Assembly: GCA_000165345.1 (NCBI GenBank)
Contig: CM000435.1
Span: forward strand, 1,214,459-1,278,458
Length of the DNA stretch: 64,000 nt
Reading direction: 5' to 3'
How positions within the stretch are numbered: position 1 is the first letter of the stretch; each line of letters begins with the position of its first letter. Under the pieces are notes generated by a model. It did not search any database. It was not told the origin of the DNA and saw only the letters and a program-made list of their open reading frames with translations. A program made the position numbers and the translations under genes. Positions 1 to 9,900 of the stretch are shown in pieces.

Positions 1-425
1 TCTAGTTTATACCCAGTATTAAATATTTAGGCCTTAGCTTATTAGTAGAAGACATATTCAAAGTGTGAGGAATAGGTGGTTTATAATTCAGCCTTAGACT
101 CTTTGATATATTCAAATTAAACAAATTGTAGACTTAATTAATTAGTATTATGTATTCTAAAATATCTATTTAGAGTGGGATCTATTTTTCATTTGAAGAA
201 AAAATAGTCCAATATTCACTATTCAGAAGTTGTTTATAATAAATCTAATAGATGGAAACTAATAGCAATGGTAAATTAACTTAGAAATCAGCTGCATCTG
301 AAATTCATAAAGATTATCATCCTTATTTGTGCTAGTATAAAATCCGCAGTGATCAAGAAAAGCCAACATATTAGTTGGAAGAAAGCATGTAAAACCATGA
401 ATATTAAATAAGAATGCAATTCACT

Positions 426-1997
426 TTACTCGTCATCATCATCATCGTCAGCCTCATCTTCATCTTCACTCCCACCCTCCTCATCTCCATCGGAACTGCC
501 ACTACTTGAAGAATAAGACTCCTCATCATTTTCAAAGTCTTCGTCATCTTCATCATCACTTGGTAGGTCTTGCTCAAGAATAGACTTGGTTGATGATTCT
601 TTCTTAGAAGAATCCTGATCTTTTGATCTAGAAGTTGTTCTTCTAGATGAAGAATCAAGACTCTCCTGAAGATTTTTAATTCTGATATTCTTTTCTTGTA
701 AGAATTTTATGAGTGGATTATACTCAGCTTTATCAATACTTGTGAAACTGTAGTCACCTCCACCCCTAATTGTAATAGTTAATTCAAAGAATCTAGTTTG
801 ATTACCACCCATTCTTGAAAACTCAATATTCAAGATATCATCAAATCTAATTAATATTACAGGTTTTGTAATAAAAATGAAGCTACGATTAAGAGGATAA
901 AGTAGACCATCCTGAGCCTTATATGAGCATCTAATACAGTGGTACATAGATGCAGATCTGAAATCTCCTGGAACTATGATTGAGTGCCCTGTTAGGGACT
1001 TTAAAATACGAGTAACTATATCCCAGAATTTACCGGTCATTATAGGGGATAGCCCAGTGAACCTTTGAATTTCTTTTTCTGAAAGATTTAAAGGCATTTC
1101 AATATTCTCATCTTGTTGTGTATCAAATTGCATTACAACAAATGGGTATTTTGTGTTTCCTTGTCTCATTGGAGTTTCTAATGCTACTACTAGGTTAACC
1201 AAGGATGTACCAGGCCTTGGGAGTAGAAATAGTCTGGAAATTGATTGGAATAAGATTGTATAATCGAAAGATTTACCATGGAGTTTTAAGCAGTTAACCA
1301 AAACTTCAATTTCGTATCTACCTCTTGGAACCAATAAGTGAATATCATTCCAACGACAGACTTTGTCCATAGATCCACTAGATCCTATTCCTGTCAGCTT
1401 TAATAAATCAGATCTCAATTTTTCTGCTGATGACAAGGAATTTCCATCAAGGGAATTTTCTTGATTTGGTACGAATAAACGTATCTCCATTAATTCATCA
1501 CAATCTTCTCCTGCATTAACTCCTTCATTGAACTCCAAAACTAACTCTGATTTAGATGGCATTGCTATTTGATTAATATTAATACTCGGAACATACATCA
1601 TTACTTTGCCTTCATTACCTATACATATGGTATCATTGTGAATAGTTAAATCTCCCCAATTAATTCCTTTTGTATTCAGCTCCTTAGTCTCCAAATTAAT
1701 TCCATAATATGTCTCAAAATGGCTCTTAATTACACTATAATCTTCAGTCTTAAAACCTGTAAAGTGGATGCAATCCTTTTTTTCTCTGATAAATACTCTT
1801 AATTGACAGCTGCTATCCTCACAACTTGTTTGTATCCATTCAACTCCCATAACTTCCTCTGGTTTATAATGATAAGTTGCATTTGTTCTTCTATTCTTCC
1901 ACCCAAATAGTTCTTTACTTGCTTTAAATATTCCTTGGTCCTGGTAACCCAGCCCTCTAATATTTCCATAAGATAGTACTCCAGCGGTTGTCGCCAT
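426..1997 (-). CDS. SSRP1: FACT complex subunit SSRP1/Pob3 (structure-specific recognition protein)
   Basis: 523-aa ORF starting at ATG 1997. Blocks nearly identical to human SSRP1: LVPRGRYEIEV vs LTPRGRYDIRIY, LHGKSFDYTILFQSISRLFLLP vs LHGKTFDYKIPYTTVLRLFLLP, IVPGDFRSASMYHCIRCSYKAQDGLLYPL vs TVPGNFQGHSGAQCITCSYKASSGLLYPL. The C-terminus is an acidic Ser/Asp/Glu tail. Confidence 0.9.
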   Translation of the reverse strand: MATTAGVLSYGNIRGLGYQDQGIFKASKELFGWKNRRTNATYHYKPEEVMGVEWIQTSCEDSSCQLRVFIREKKDCIHFTGFKTEDYSVIKSHFETYYGINLETKELNTKGINWGDLTIHNDTICIGNEGKVMMYVPSININQIAMPSKSELVLEFNEGVNAGEDCDELMEIRLFVPNQENSLDGNSLSSAEKLRSDLLKLTGIGSSGSMDKVCRWNDIHLLVPRGRYEIEVLVNCLKLHGKSFDYTILFQSISRLFLLPRPGTSLVNLVVALETPMRQGNTKYPFVVMQFDTQQDENIEMPLNLSEKEIQRFTGLSPIMTGKFWDIVTRILKSLTGHSIIVPGDFRSASMYHCIRCSYKAQDGLLYPLNRSFIFITKPVILIRFDDILNIEFSRMGGNQTRFFELTITIRGGGDYSFTSIDKAEYNPLIKFLQEKNIRIKNLQESLDSSSRRTTSRSKDQDSSKKESSTKSILEQDLPSDDEDDEDFENDEESYSSSSGSSDGDEEGGSEDEDEADDDDDDE

Positions 1998-2370
1998 CTT
2001 ATAGAGGATTACAATAGGCTCTCCAGTTAATCAAAACAATCGTCTATGTGTGTTAATATTTACTAAAAGTCTCAAAACTATCCTTTGATCAACTTACAAT
2101 TATTATTTTATTATTTTATTTTCCTATTATTATTTACTCCATAGTGGGGCAAAGGCGGTACCTTTCCTAAATATTACATAAAAACATTTAAAAAAATTGA
2201 ATATTGTTTTAGATCAAATAATTAAAAGAAAATCTCAAACTAAAACTTCATAAATTGAAATAAACAAGTTCTATAAAATTGTTAAATCTTCAAAACATAT
2301 TCCCTTCCCTTTGTCACATTAATCTAAAATATTCATTACTTTTCATTTGACTATAATTAAAATACTATTA

Positions 2371-2378
2371 GGCGGGAA
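2371..2378. promoter_or_regulatory. E2F-like box GGCGGGAA upstream of the FACT/SSRP1 gene
   Basis: Motif instance taggcgggaacatcc, about 375 nt upstream of ATG 1997. Confidence 0.4.
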
Positions 2379-2394
2379 CATCCCAAATTCTGAA

Positions 2395-3525
2395 TTACTT
2401 GACAAAAAGAGAAATTGCTCTAATAATTTCTAAAGAGAGTGCAATACTTTGATCAAATGTATATTTTGATGAAATATTGCTAATATATCTGAGAATCTTG
2501 ACCACTCCATTTCTGGTATAATCAAAAATTTGTTTGAAGTGGATTTCTATATTAACAATAGGTCTTGCGAGTAGATCTATAAGATTATGACTAGGATTCA
2601 ATAATTCCATTGGCCAAGGGAAAGGCTTGCTATAGCTTGAAACTAAAACCCCATTTACAATTAAGTAGCCATCTGTTGTTAATGGAGCATACCTTCCCAC
2701 ATACTCGTAATTTTTTTGATTGCTGTTTACATTAGAAATTATCGAGACTTGTGTTACCCACCCAACTCGCTCTTTTGAATAGATAATTACTGAGTCACCA
2801 ACCCTAATATCCTTTGCTTGGATTGAAGTAAGTTTCTTTTTTTTCTCAAGTTGAGGAGTGACTTCAATTCCAATAGCTTTTTCAATTTGACTAGGATAAT
2901 AACAATTTCCTTCGTGTGGTTTTTCTCCAAGGTATTGTATGAATATTAGATGATTCGGAGAAAGAACCAGAGGTTTCTCCATCCCTAAATATTCTACTTG
3001 AATCCATTCATCATCCAAGTATATATTTTTATCTTTATGTAACATTATTTCAACTTTGCTGTACTTAAATTTCATTGTGTTAAGATCTCTAATTAAAACA
3101 TACTCTCCAATTCTTAAATCTTCCAACTTTATTTCTCCCCTTTCTCTAGTGATTACTAAGCTATTTCCTGGGAAACACAAATTATTTGATTGACTCTGAG
3201 CCCCACAATTTGGATTATAAGGATAATCATCCTCATCAAGTTCATTAGACAAGTAACCAATATTTATCAGTTGGCCTACACAGGAAGAGGGAAATGCTAA
3301 TGAAATGGCATTTGAAATAACATTCCCCCACCCAGACCTAAATCCGGTTCCTCCTGCTGACATTCCTGAAAATGTATCAAATATCGATTTGGTTCTAACT
3401 CGAATAAAACTTAGATTTGAATGAAATAAATCCACATTTTTGCGAGATTCTTTATTAAACCAGAATAATTCAACAAGTATAGTTAACCAGAGAAAGCAAA
3501 TAATTTTTATATTATTAACTTTCAT
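2395..3525 (-). CDS. Secreted Hint (Hedgehog/intein-type autoprocessing) domain protein
   Basis: 376-aa ORF with a hydrophobic N-terminal signal (MKVNNIKIICFLWLTILVELFWF). Hint block A is CFPGNSLVITRERGEIKLEDLRIGEYVLIRD (Cys nucleophile), block B is SPNHLIFI (the T/SxxH motif), and the C-terminal block is TTDGYLIVNGVLVSSY (Hedgehog has TxxGTIVVNxVLASCY). Confidence 0.7.
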   Translation of the reverse strand: MKVNNIKIICFLWLTILVELFWFNKESRKNVDLFHSNLSFIRVRTKSIFDTFSGMSAGGTGFRSGWGNVISNAISLAFPSSCVGQLINIGYLSNELDEDDYPYNPNCGAQSQSNNLCFPGNSLVITRERGEIKLEDLRIGEYVLIRDLNTMKFKYSKVEIMLHKDKNIYLDDEWIQVEYLGMEKPLVLSPNHLIFIQYLGEKPHEGNCYYPSQIEKAIGIEVTPQLEKKKKLTSIQAKDIRVGDSVIIYSKERVGWVTQVSIISNVNSNQKNYEYVGRYAPLTTDGYLIVNGVLVSSYSKPFPWPMELLNPSHNLIDLLARPIVNIEIHFKQIFDYTRNGVVKILRYISNISSKYTFDQSIALSLEIIRAISLFVK

Positions 3526-3769
3526 TTACTCAAACCAAACCTCAATATTTAGCTATATCATTAGATTAGTTAAAGTTACAAAAAAAATTTAATTAATAAA
3601 ACTCTCTGCATTCAACCAATATCAATCTGGCTATTTTTTAGTTTGATTTAATTATTAATACAACTCTCCTTCTAGAACTTGATTCCTATATTCTTCCTTT
3701 TTTTTAATCACTACCACATTTTTATTAAATTGTCACTTATTGAAATTTGTGAGTACACACATTCAACTA

Positions 3770-3797
3770 TTTGGCGCCACAATGCGGCGCCAAATTG
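3770..3797. promoter_or_regulatory. Paired inverted E2F-like boxes TTTGGCGCCAC-N6-GGCGCCAAATT upstream of the prenyltransferase-alpha gene
   Basis: Two GGCGCC cores 17 nt apart, about 115 nt upstream of ATG 3909, in an AT-rich intergenic region. Confidence 0.6.
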
Positions 3798-3908
3798 CCG
3801 GTACTTGAAAAGATCAAAAAGAATTTTTGAAAAGAAGTCAAGTGGAAAAAAATTACAAATAAATAAATAACTAGAATTGTAAGCAAAATTTATACAAACC
3901 TAGATTAA

Positions 3909-5612
3909 ATGCATGGCAGAGTGAAGAGCGAGCAGAAGGAACTTACTGAGGAGGAAAAGCAGTACATAGCAAGAGCAAAGCGGCTTTTTGATGAATGCAT
4001 AGAGTTAATTAATCAAGATCAAAAAGAGTCAACCTTTTCAGTAAAAACTTTGGAATTAACTGAAAAGATTTTGAAGATTAATACAGAAGTAGCAACTATG
4101 TGGAATTTCAGGAAAAGCTACATTATTTCTGAGCAAAGCAATACACAACTTATTGATAATATATTAAACAATGAATTAATATTGACAGAAAGTCTGTTCA
4201 AAAATGACCCAAAATCTTACAATCTTTGGTCAAATAGAGCCTGGTTACTTGAGTTTATTGTGAATCTTAAGGATGCTGACAAAATTCTACTTAAGGTTGA
4301 AGAAGATTATTTGAAGAATATTTCAAATTTTGATAACTTAAATTATATACAACCATTTAAAGAGTCCTTAGCTAAGTACAGCAATATAAGATTAAAGTTA
4401 TTGATAAATGAATTAGAGCTTTGCAATAGGTTATTTGAAGTAGATGATCGCAATTTCCATTGTTGGAGACATCGATCATTTGTTCTTTGTTGTTTAAGAT
4501 ATATTTCTGTTATTATATCATGGAACACCTTTCTAGAAGAAATGCAACTACAAGAACTAGAATTCCTTAATAGAATGACAGAAACCAATTTTTCAAATTA
4601 TTCTGCTTGGCATCATAGGACTTTACTTGCGTTTGGACACCAATTTAACAGCATAAAAGACTTTAATAGAGAAGCAGAGTTTGTGCATACAGCAATTTAT
4701 ACTGAACCAAATGATCAGAGTATTTGGCAATACTATTTTTGGCTAATGGGTGACTTTCTTCCTAAGATACTCTTTAAAAATGAACAATTTAAAGTAACTC
4801 CATCATTTCATATCAAAGATTTACAGGTTGAATTTCCTGAAAACAAAGATGATCAAATAGTAATTCACATTAAATTTTCATTACCTTGTTTGATTAATAG
4901 TTCTACATCAAGCCTATCAATAGAATCTGATGATGGTTCCACAATCACTTTTGAAAAAGGTACCTGGGAACCAATTTATGAGGACTATGCAAGCATCTAT
5001 GGCTTTTTTAACTCCAAACTAAACTCTGATTTTGACAATAAACGTAAAAAACGAACTGCAACTTGGAGTTATTCTTTATCTCTAAAAGAAAATTCCCAAG
5101 ATGAAATTAGATCCATCACTAATTTACTAAGTAATTCCCCATCCATTTTTCTAATAATATCTGCTGCACATTCTGATACAACATATACAAACACTCCATC
5201 TTGGAACTTAAATGACCCAGAATATAAAAATGAAACGTTTTCATCACTCAGAATTAGTCCAAAATTAATTTTGGATGAATACAAATTCTACAGTTTTAAT
5301 ACACGTACAAATGACAATATAGTTACTTGTAAATATTATTTTCAGTCAGAATCTTCCAAATCTCAACTTAGAGAATGGATTGGAATTCTTCAAAGTGAAT
5401 TTGACCTTTTAAAGAGCATACAAGAATTAGAGCCTGAATGTAAATATCCTATAATAGCACTTAAGTATGTAAATGACATCTATCATCTATGCTCTCCGCC
5501 AGATATTGCGGAGAATGAAAAAATGAAAGTGGATCCAGAAATGATAAAACTGCTACCAACTATAGATCCTCTAAGAAAATTATACTATAGTGAAAAGTTC
5601 AATATTGCATAA
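3909..5612 (+). CDS. Protein prenyltransferase alpha subunit (PPTA repeat protein; likely Rab geranylgeranyltransferase alpha)
   Basis: 567-aa ORF from ATG 3909. It carries repeated PPTA-type motifs: MWNFRKSY, KSYNLWSNRAWLL, RNFHCWRHRSFVL, NYSAWHHRTLL, NDQSIWQYYFWL. A long C-terminal extension suggests the RabGGT alpha type. Confidence 0.7.
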   Translation: MHGRVKSEQKELTEEEKQYIARAKRLFDECIELINQDQKESTFSVKTLELTEKILKINTEVATMWNFRKSYIISEQSNTQLIDNILNNELILTESLFKNDPKSYNLWSNRAWLLEFIVNLKDADKILLKVEEDYLKNISNFDNLNYIQPFKESLAKYSNIRLKLLINELELCNRLFEVDDRNFHCWRHRSFVLCCLRYISVIISWNTFLEEMQLQELEFLNRMTETNFSNYSAWHHRTLLAFGHQFNSIKDFNREAEFVHTAIYTEPNDQSIWQYYFWLMGDFLPKILFKNEQFKVTPSFHIKDLQVEFPENKDDQIVIHIKFSLPCLINSSTSSLSIESDDGSTITFEKGTWEPIYEDYASIYGFFNSKLNSDFDNKRKKRTATWSYSLSLKENSQDEIRSITNLLSNSPSIFLIISAAHSDTTYTNTPSWNLNDPEYKNETFSSLRISPKLILDEYKFYSFNTRTNDNIVTCKYYFQSESSKSQLREWIGILQSEFDLLKSIQELEPECKYPIIALKYVNDIYHLCSPPDIAENEKMKVDPEMIKLLPTIDPLRKLYYSEKFNIA

Positions 5613-5703
5613 TATTCACAAAATTCCCAATACAAATTGAGGAAAATACCTGTAAGATGAGCTATATTCAAATTAGGGAGGAATCCATCATTCGAAAAAA
5701 CTC

Positions 5704-6297
5704 TTATAAGACAATTTCCTCCTGATCGTCTTCCATATCCATCATGCTAACATCTGTGTTACCACTAAATTTATCTATAAATGATTTTCTCTTTTCAACG
5801 ATCTTATTCATTTTCTTCTCGCTCTTTTTAAGAGCTTTCTGGCGAGAAATATCACTCATTGTTGTTGTTTGTGCTAAAGGAATTTCAGGTCCCTTTAGTA
5901 ATGTAGCATTTCTCTCAGTTTCCTTATCAACTAAAGTCCTCTGTGTCTGCTGCTGCTTCATTAATCTAGTCTTGTAGAATCTCTCCTTTCTTGATTCCTT
6001 AATCTTTTCCACCAATTTCATTGCCTTGATTGTCTTAATATATAGCTCTCTGTCATATCTTATTGGGCAATTCCTCTTCTTTTCAAATTCAAATGTAGTA
6101 TCCATAATCATTTCTTTTCCACGAGTCTTTCTATATGCCTTGGTCCATTTGGACTTTCTTGGGTTATGCTTCATCTTAAAATGTCTATGGCATTTACTTC
6201 TGCAAAACCTGAAAATTTTGGCATCATTTCTTACAAAAGTTACACCGTGACCTGGATATATATTACTTGAACAGTACCAACACTTCTCAATACGCAT
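5704..6297 (-). CDS. RLP24: Ribosome biogenesis protein RLP24 (ribosomal L24e-like)
   Basis: 197 aa. MRIEKCWYCSSNIYPGHGVTFVRNDAKIFRFCRSKCHRHFKMKHNPRKSKWTKAYRK is near-identical to eukaryotic Rlp24 ([51 protein letters not shown]). Confidence 0.9.
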   Translation of the reverse strand: MRIEKCWYCSSNIYPGHGVTFVRNDAKIFRFCRSKCHRHFKMKHNPRKSKWTKAYRKTRGKEMIMDTTFEFEKKRNCPIRYDRELYIKTIKAMKLVEKIKESRKERFYKTRLMKQQQTQRTLVDKETERNATLLKGPEIPLAQTTTMSDISRQKALKKSEKKMNKIVEKRKSFIDKFSGNTDVSMMDMEDDQEEIVL

Positions 6298-6610
6298 ATT
6301 TTCTGTGCTCTTCTATTATACAGTCAAATGCTACTCTTGGGACAACGCACTTCTTCTTTTATAAATGTATCAATCTTTTAGTTCAAAGTCTGACTTCAAG
6401 CTAACTTGTCTCTTAGAATGTTACTTTATATCAGACGTTTCAAATTCCTTAGATTACTTATAGCTCTACTCGAGATACTAGAACTACACCTGAATTGTTC
6501 CAAATACTTTTCCAGCCCTCTTTCTACTACTTTTATAGTTATCCCCTTGTAACTTATGTTTTTTTATTCCCTCCTTTTTATTTATCTATTATTATTAGTC
6601 AAAAAATACA

Positions 6611-6642
6611 TGGCGCCAAAATGGGTCCACATGTGGCGCCAT
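6611..6642. promoter_or_regulatory. Paired E2F-like boxes TGGCGCCAAAA ... TGGCGCCAT in the divergent RLP24 / Slt11-like promoter
   Basis: Two GGCGCC cores 23 nt apart between divergent genes (5704-6297 minus, 6759-7319 plus). Confidence 0.6.
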
Positions 6643-6758
6643 TAGCAACAATATAATAATAAAGAAAATCTGAAAATTGATTAAAGTAATTACAGAAAGA
6701 CCGGCAAGAGTTTGCCTTAATGCCCTTAAAGTAGGTTTAGAGAAGGGAGGTTTGAAGA

Positions 6759-7319
6759 ATGTCTCACGGTTTAAGTTATGAGGACTGCAATTTCCCCATT
6801 GTATGCGACAGATGCTTGGGTGAAAGCAAGTTTCTCAGAATGACAAAATCAAACCAAGAAAGATCTTGCAAGATTTGCAATCGACCATGCACAATGTTTC
6901 GCTGGAAGCTTCACAATTCCAAAAAATACAATCAAACCACAATATGTTATTCTTGTGGTAAAATCAAGAATGTATGCCAATCATGCGTAAGTGATTTAAA
7001 CTTTGGATTATCATTATATGCCAGAGATGACTATATAAAGAGTAAAAAAGAACAAGGAGATGAAACTGCTCTTCAAATTATGAATATTCCGGATAGCGTA
7101 GATAACAGGGATCATTTCATGGAGAATAAATTGAATGGAAATGATGAAACCTTTATTAAGAGAATTGATGAAAACCAGAAAAAGAGAAAGGAAATATTAA
7201 AAAAGATTTTGGCAAAGGATGACAAAATTGAAGCAAAAGAAGTGACCAATTATAGTAAGAATACCACAGAATGTGGCTCTAGTTCTAAAACTACAATCAA
7301 AAGTATTTCGAAAAATTGA
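6759..7319 (+). CDS. Slt11/RBM22-type N-terminal zinc-finger domain protein (no CCCH/RRM part encoded)
   Basis: 186 aa. NFPIVCDRCLGESKFLRMTKSNQERSCKICNRPCTMFRWK...TICYSCGKIKNVCQSCVSDLNFGL aligns with RBM22/Slt11 [39 protein letters not shown]...[24 protein letters not shown]. The ORF stops at 7319 and no downstream ORF continues it. Confidence 0.7.
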   Translation: MSHGLSYEDCNFPIVCDRCLGESKFLRMTKSNQERSCKICNRPCTMFRWKLHNSKKYNQTTICYSCGKIKNVCQSCVSDLNFGLSLYARDDYIKSKKEQGDETALQIMNIPDSVDNRDHFMENKLNGNDETFIKRIDENQKKRKEILKKILAKDDKIEAKEVTNYSKNTTECGSSSKTTIKSISKN

Positions 7320-7469
7320 ATACTTAATACTTTAATAAGTATATTTGTAGCCATAATGCCACTATATATAAATGCATACATTTCATTATACAAATATATT
7401 TTTCATAAAAGCCTTCTAATAGTTAAAAATCTGTTGCTAATTTTTTTTTTTTATCAATTCGATGTCAAG

Positions 7470-9464
7470 TCATTCATTTACCTCATCACTTTGTATCATT
7501 TCTGAAACTACATGATCACTGGAAGATGATTGCTCGGAAGGCTCTGCTGCCTGACCTGAAGTAGTTTTGTCTAAAATATTAATGGTATTTGAGCTTTTTT
7601 GGCCGGCTTGAAGGAACAATTTATCATCCTGCTCACCTTGCGTTGGTGTGATCAACCTTTCGCTGTTGTCTTTTTGAAGTTCATTGAGCATTCCAACTTC
7701 ACGACTCTGAGAATCTACTTCATTCAAATCATTGATAATCTCTGATTCAACTTCAGCTCCAACTATTTGGTCATTATCATCGTTTTCTATATCTCTAATT
7801 TCCTTTTCTGCTTCTTGCTCCAACTTTTGTTCCTCTTTAATCATCTCCTCATTCCTTCTATTAATGCTATCAGAGAGCTTCTCAAATTCTTCTTTAGACG
7901 GTAGTTCAAGGCCTTCTTTTAAGCCCTGATCTTCACTATTCTCTGGATTTGCCTCAATTAAATTCACAATCTTTTCTCCACCAGCCTTATTATTTGCTTC
8001 CAATTTGTTCAGAATGCTCATTCCTCTGAACGATGGCTGATCATACATACTTTCTGCCAACTCCTCCTCCTCCTGTTCTTCCTTATTCTTGGAGATTTGT
8101 TTATTTTGAATCTTGGCCTTTTTTTTCTTAATCGCATTTCTTCTCTTCTTTCTCTTATTTTTCTGAACATCTTTTTGAATTTCTTCTACAACCTCACTCG
8201 ATTGTTCAAAATTATCTTCTTTATCATCGCCAACTTCATTATTATTTCTAATTTCTTCCCCAAGCTCTTTTGCTATTAAATCAACTTTTCCCTCTCCAAA
8301 TGAAACTGAGCTTAGCTCTTTTGAAATATCCTCGCCTTGAGCTTCTGTTGAATCGGTATCTGTATCTGTGCTTGCCTCTGTACTTGAACCTTCCGAAAAG
8401 TCAGATATTCTATTCTCAATTTCCTTTTTATCATCTGGATGAACTAAAGCAAGAACTTCCTCTGATAACTCCTTCAAATTGATATTTACCATGTGAGCAA
8501 TAGTCTTTGGTGAAACTACTCCAGAAATTGTCTTGTCCCCAATTAGCCAAGTTGGATAAGATGTGATTTTTTCTTCAACACAACTTGTCCAAGAATTTCT
8601 ATTCTGATCAAAGTTGCAGTCAAAATATGAATTATTGTCTTTAAGTACTTGAATAGCTGCTTTTCCCCACTCCAGTTCAGTTGCAATTGCTGCAGGTGAA
8701 GTACTTATTGTGTAATATTTTCCTCCAGATTCTACATACCTTTCAATAATCCTTCTATTGATTATTTCCTCTCCTTTAGTTAGTTTTCTAATATTCATAA
8801 CTTCTGAAGTTAGGTCTTTTACTTTTCCAGTAATTTGATAGTTTCTTGAATACATCATAAATATAAACACAATAGAACTTGCAACAACTATTCCAAATAA
8901 CCTGAAACTTTCTGTATAAGTACTAAGAACTCCAGGTATCCATGTTAAAATAAGAGCTAAACCAATTACAGAAGACTTGAGTAAAAATGTCACTGATCTA
9001 GTATTATATTCAAATAAGCCAATAAACAAGAAGTAGCAACTCATAATTGCAATAAAGTTAGTCATCATGAAAACTATTCTATTCCATATTCCAATGCTAT
9101 CTATCCAATTCAAAATAGAAGAAGTATAACCCTCAGCATTTTCGTATAGATTTGAGTAGGTATAATTTGAATTATAGCTTCTGTACTCTTTAAATCTTTC
9201 CCCATCTTCAAACTCTATTTCATTTTGAGCTTTCATGTACGAAAATGAAGTTGCAATTAACAATGAAATCTCAGCCAATAAAGAGTATACTGATAATGGT
9301 ATTCCACAAATCCACCAAGCCTTGCTTTCCAATAGTTGGTGGTCATATATTGACCAGTTTTTATCCATATTATTTAGATAATACAAATCTAATATACTCA
9401 AAATTATGCAAACTGACCAGCAAGCCAATAGCACTGGCATTGTAAAAGCACTAAAAACGCTCAT
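7470..9464 (-). CDS. Multi-pass membrane protein with a VKOR-like TM segment and a thioredoxin-like (YPTW) domain; acidic low-complexity C-terminus
   Basis: 664 aa from ATG 9464, with 5-6 predicted TM helices in the first ~210 aa. A VKOR-like FG(I/V)P helix motif appears as AWWICGIPLSVYSLL. A DsbA/Trx-like segment follows: YYTISTSPAAIATELEWGKAAIQVLKDNNSYFDCNFDQ...WTSCVEEKITSYPTWLIGDKTISG (YPTW is the hallmark of VKOR-fused Trx domains). The expected CxxC is CNFD here. The C-terminal half is Glu/Lys/Asp-rich. Confidence 0.45.
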   Translation of the reverse strand: MSVFSAFTMPVLLACWSVCIILSILDLYYLNNMDKNWSIYDHQLLESKAWWICGIPLSVYSLLAEISLLIATSFSYMKAQNEIEFEDGERFKEYRSYNSNYTYSNLYENAEGYTSSILNWIDSIGIWNRIVFMMTNFIAIMSCYFLFIGLFEYNTRSVTFLLKSSVIGLALILTWIPGVLSTYTESFRLFGIVVASSIVFIFMMYSRNYQITGKVKDLTSEVMNIRKLTKGEEIINRRIIERYVESGGKYYTISTSPAAIATELEWGKAAIQVLKDNNSYFDCNFDQNRNSWTSCVEEKITSYPTWLIGDKTISGVVSPKTIAHMVNINLKELSEEVLALVHPDDKKEIENRISDFSEGSSTEASTDTDTDSTEAQGEDISKELSSVSFGEGKVDLIAKELGEEIRNNNEVGDDKEDNFEQSSEVVEEIQKDVQKNKRKKRRNAIKKKKAKIQNKQISKNKEEQEEEELAESMYDQPSFRGMSILNKLEANNKAGGEKIVNLIEANPENSEDQGLKEGLELPSKEEFEKLSDSINRRNEEMIKEEQKLEQEAEKEIRDIENDDNDQIVGAEVESEIINDLNEVDSQSREVGMLNELQKDNSERLITPTQGEQDDKLFLQAGQKSSNTINILDKTTSGQAAEPSEQSSSSDHVVSEMIQSDEVNE

Positions 9465-9900
9465 CTTAAAATTTAAAACTATCCATATAAAATTTGAATT
9501 ACTATATTAATTTTCTATTATTTGATTTTGGGTGCAAAATTTATATTGATTACCGAGCACACTAAATTTTCAATACACTATTCGGGAAAAGCTAACAAGC
9601 CTAAATTCACACTTTAACAAATCATTAGATTTTAATCTCAATAGTAACATTATAGAGAAAATTTGTTCAATGTAGTACTATTTGGTTTATTAATCAATAA
9701 TTGGTTTTGTAGAATTTAGTGTAATGTTAACAATTTTAGATTAATTTTAGAATAAAAAATGAAATGGAGACTATTAGACAAATAAATAAACCAGAAAGAT
9801 TTAAACTCTAATATAAAGAGGGCTTCAACGAATTCTACTTCCTAATTTATAATTATTTTTTTTCAAAACTTAATTTGGACTTGAATATTAAAAATGCACC

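Noticed and set aside
404-658. 84-aa minus-strand ORF overlapping the 3' end of the FACT gene
   Set aside because: It is an alternative-frame read through the GA/GAT-rich stretch encoding the acidic SSRP1 tail. It is fully nested and has no independent support.
2141-2160. ggcaaaggcggtacc as a possible additional E2F box
   Set aside because: It lacks the GGCGCC/GGCGGGAA core and is too degenerate to call.
4343-5284. Short antisense ORFs inside the prenyltransferase-alpha gene, with similar nested ORFs inside the two giant genes, VPS16 and the 1483-aa gene
   Set aside because: All are under 150 aa, nested in long homology- or length-supported ORFs, and typical of AT-rich sequence.
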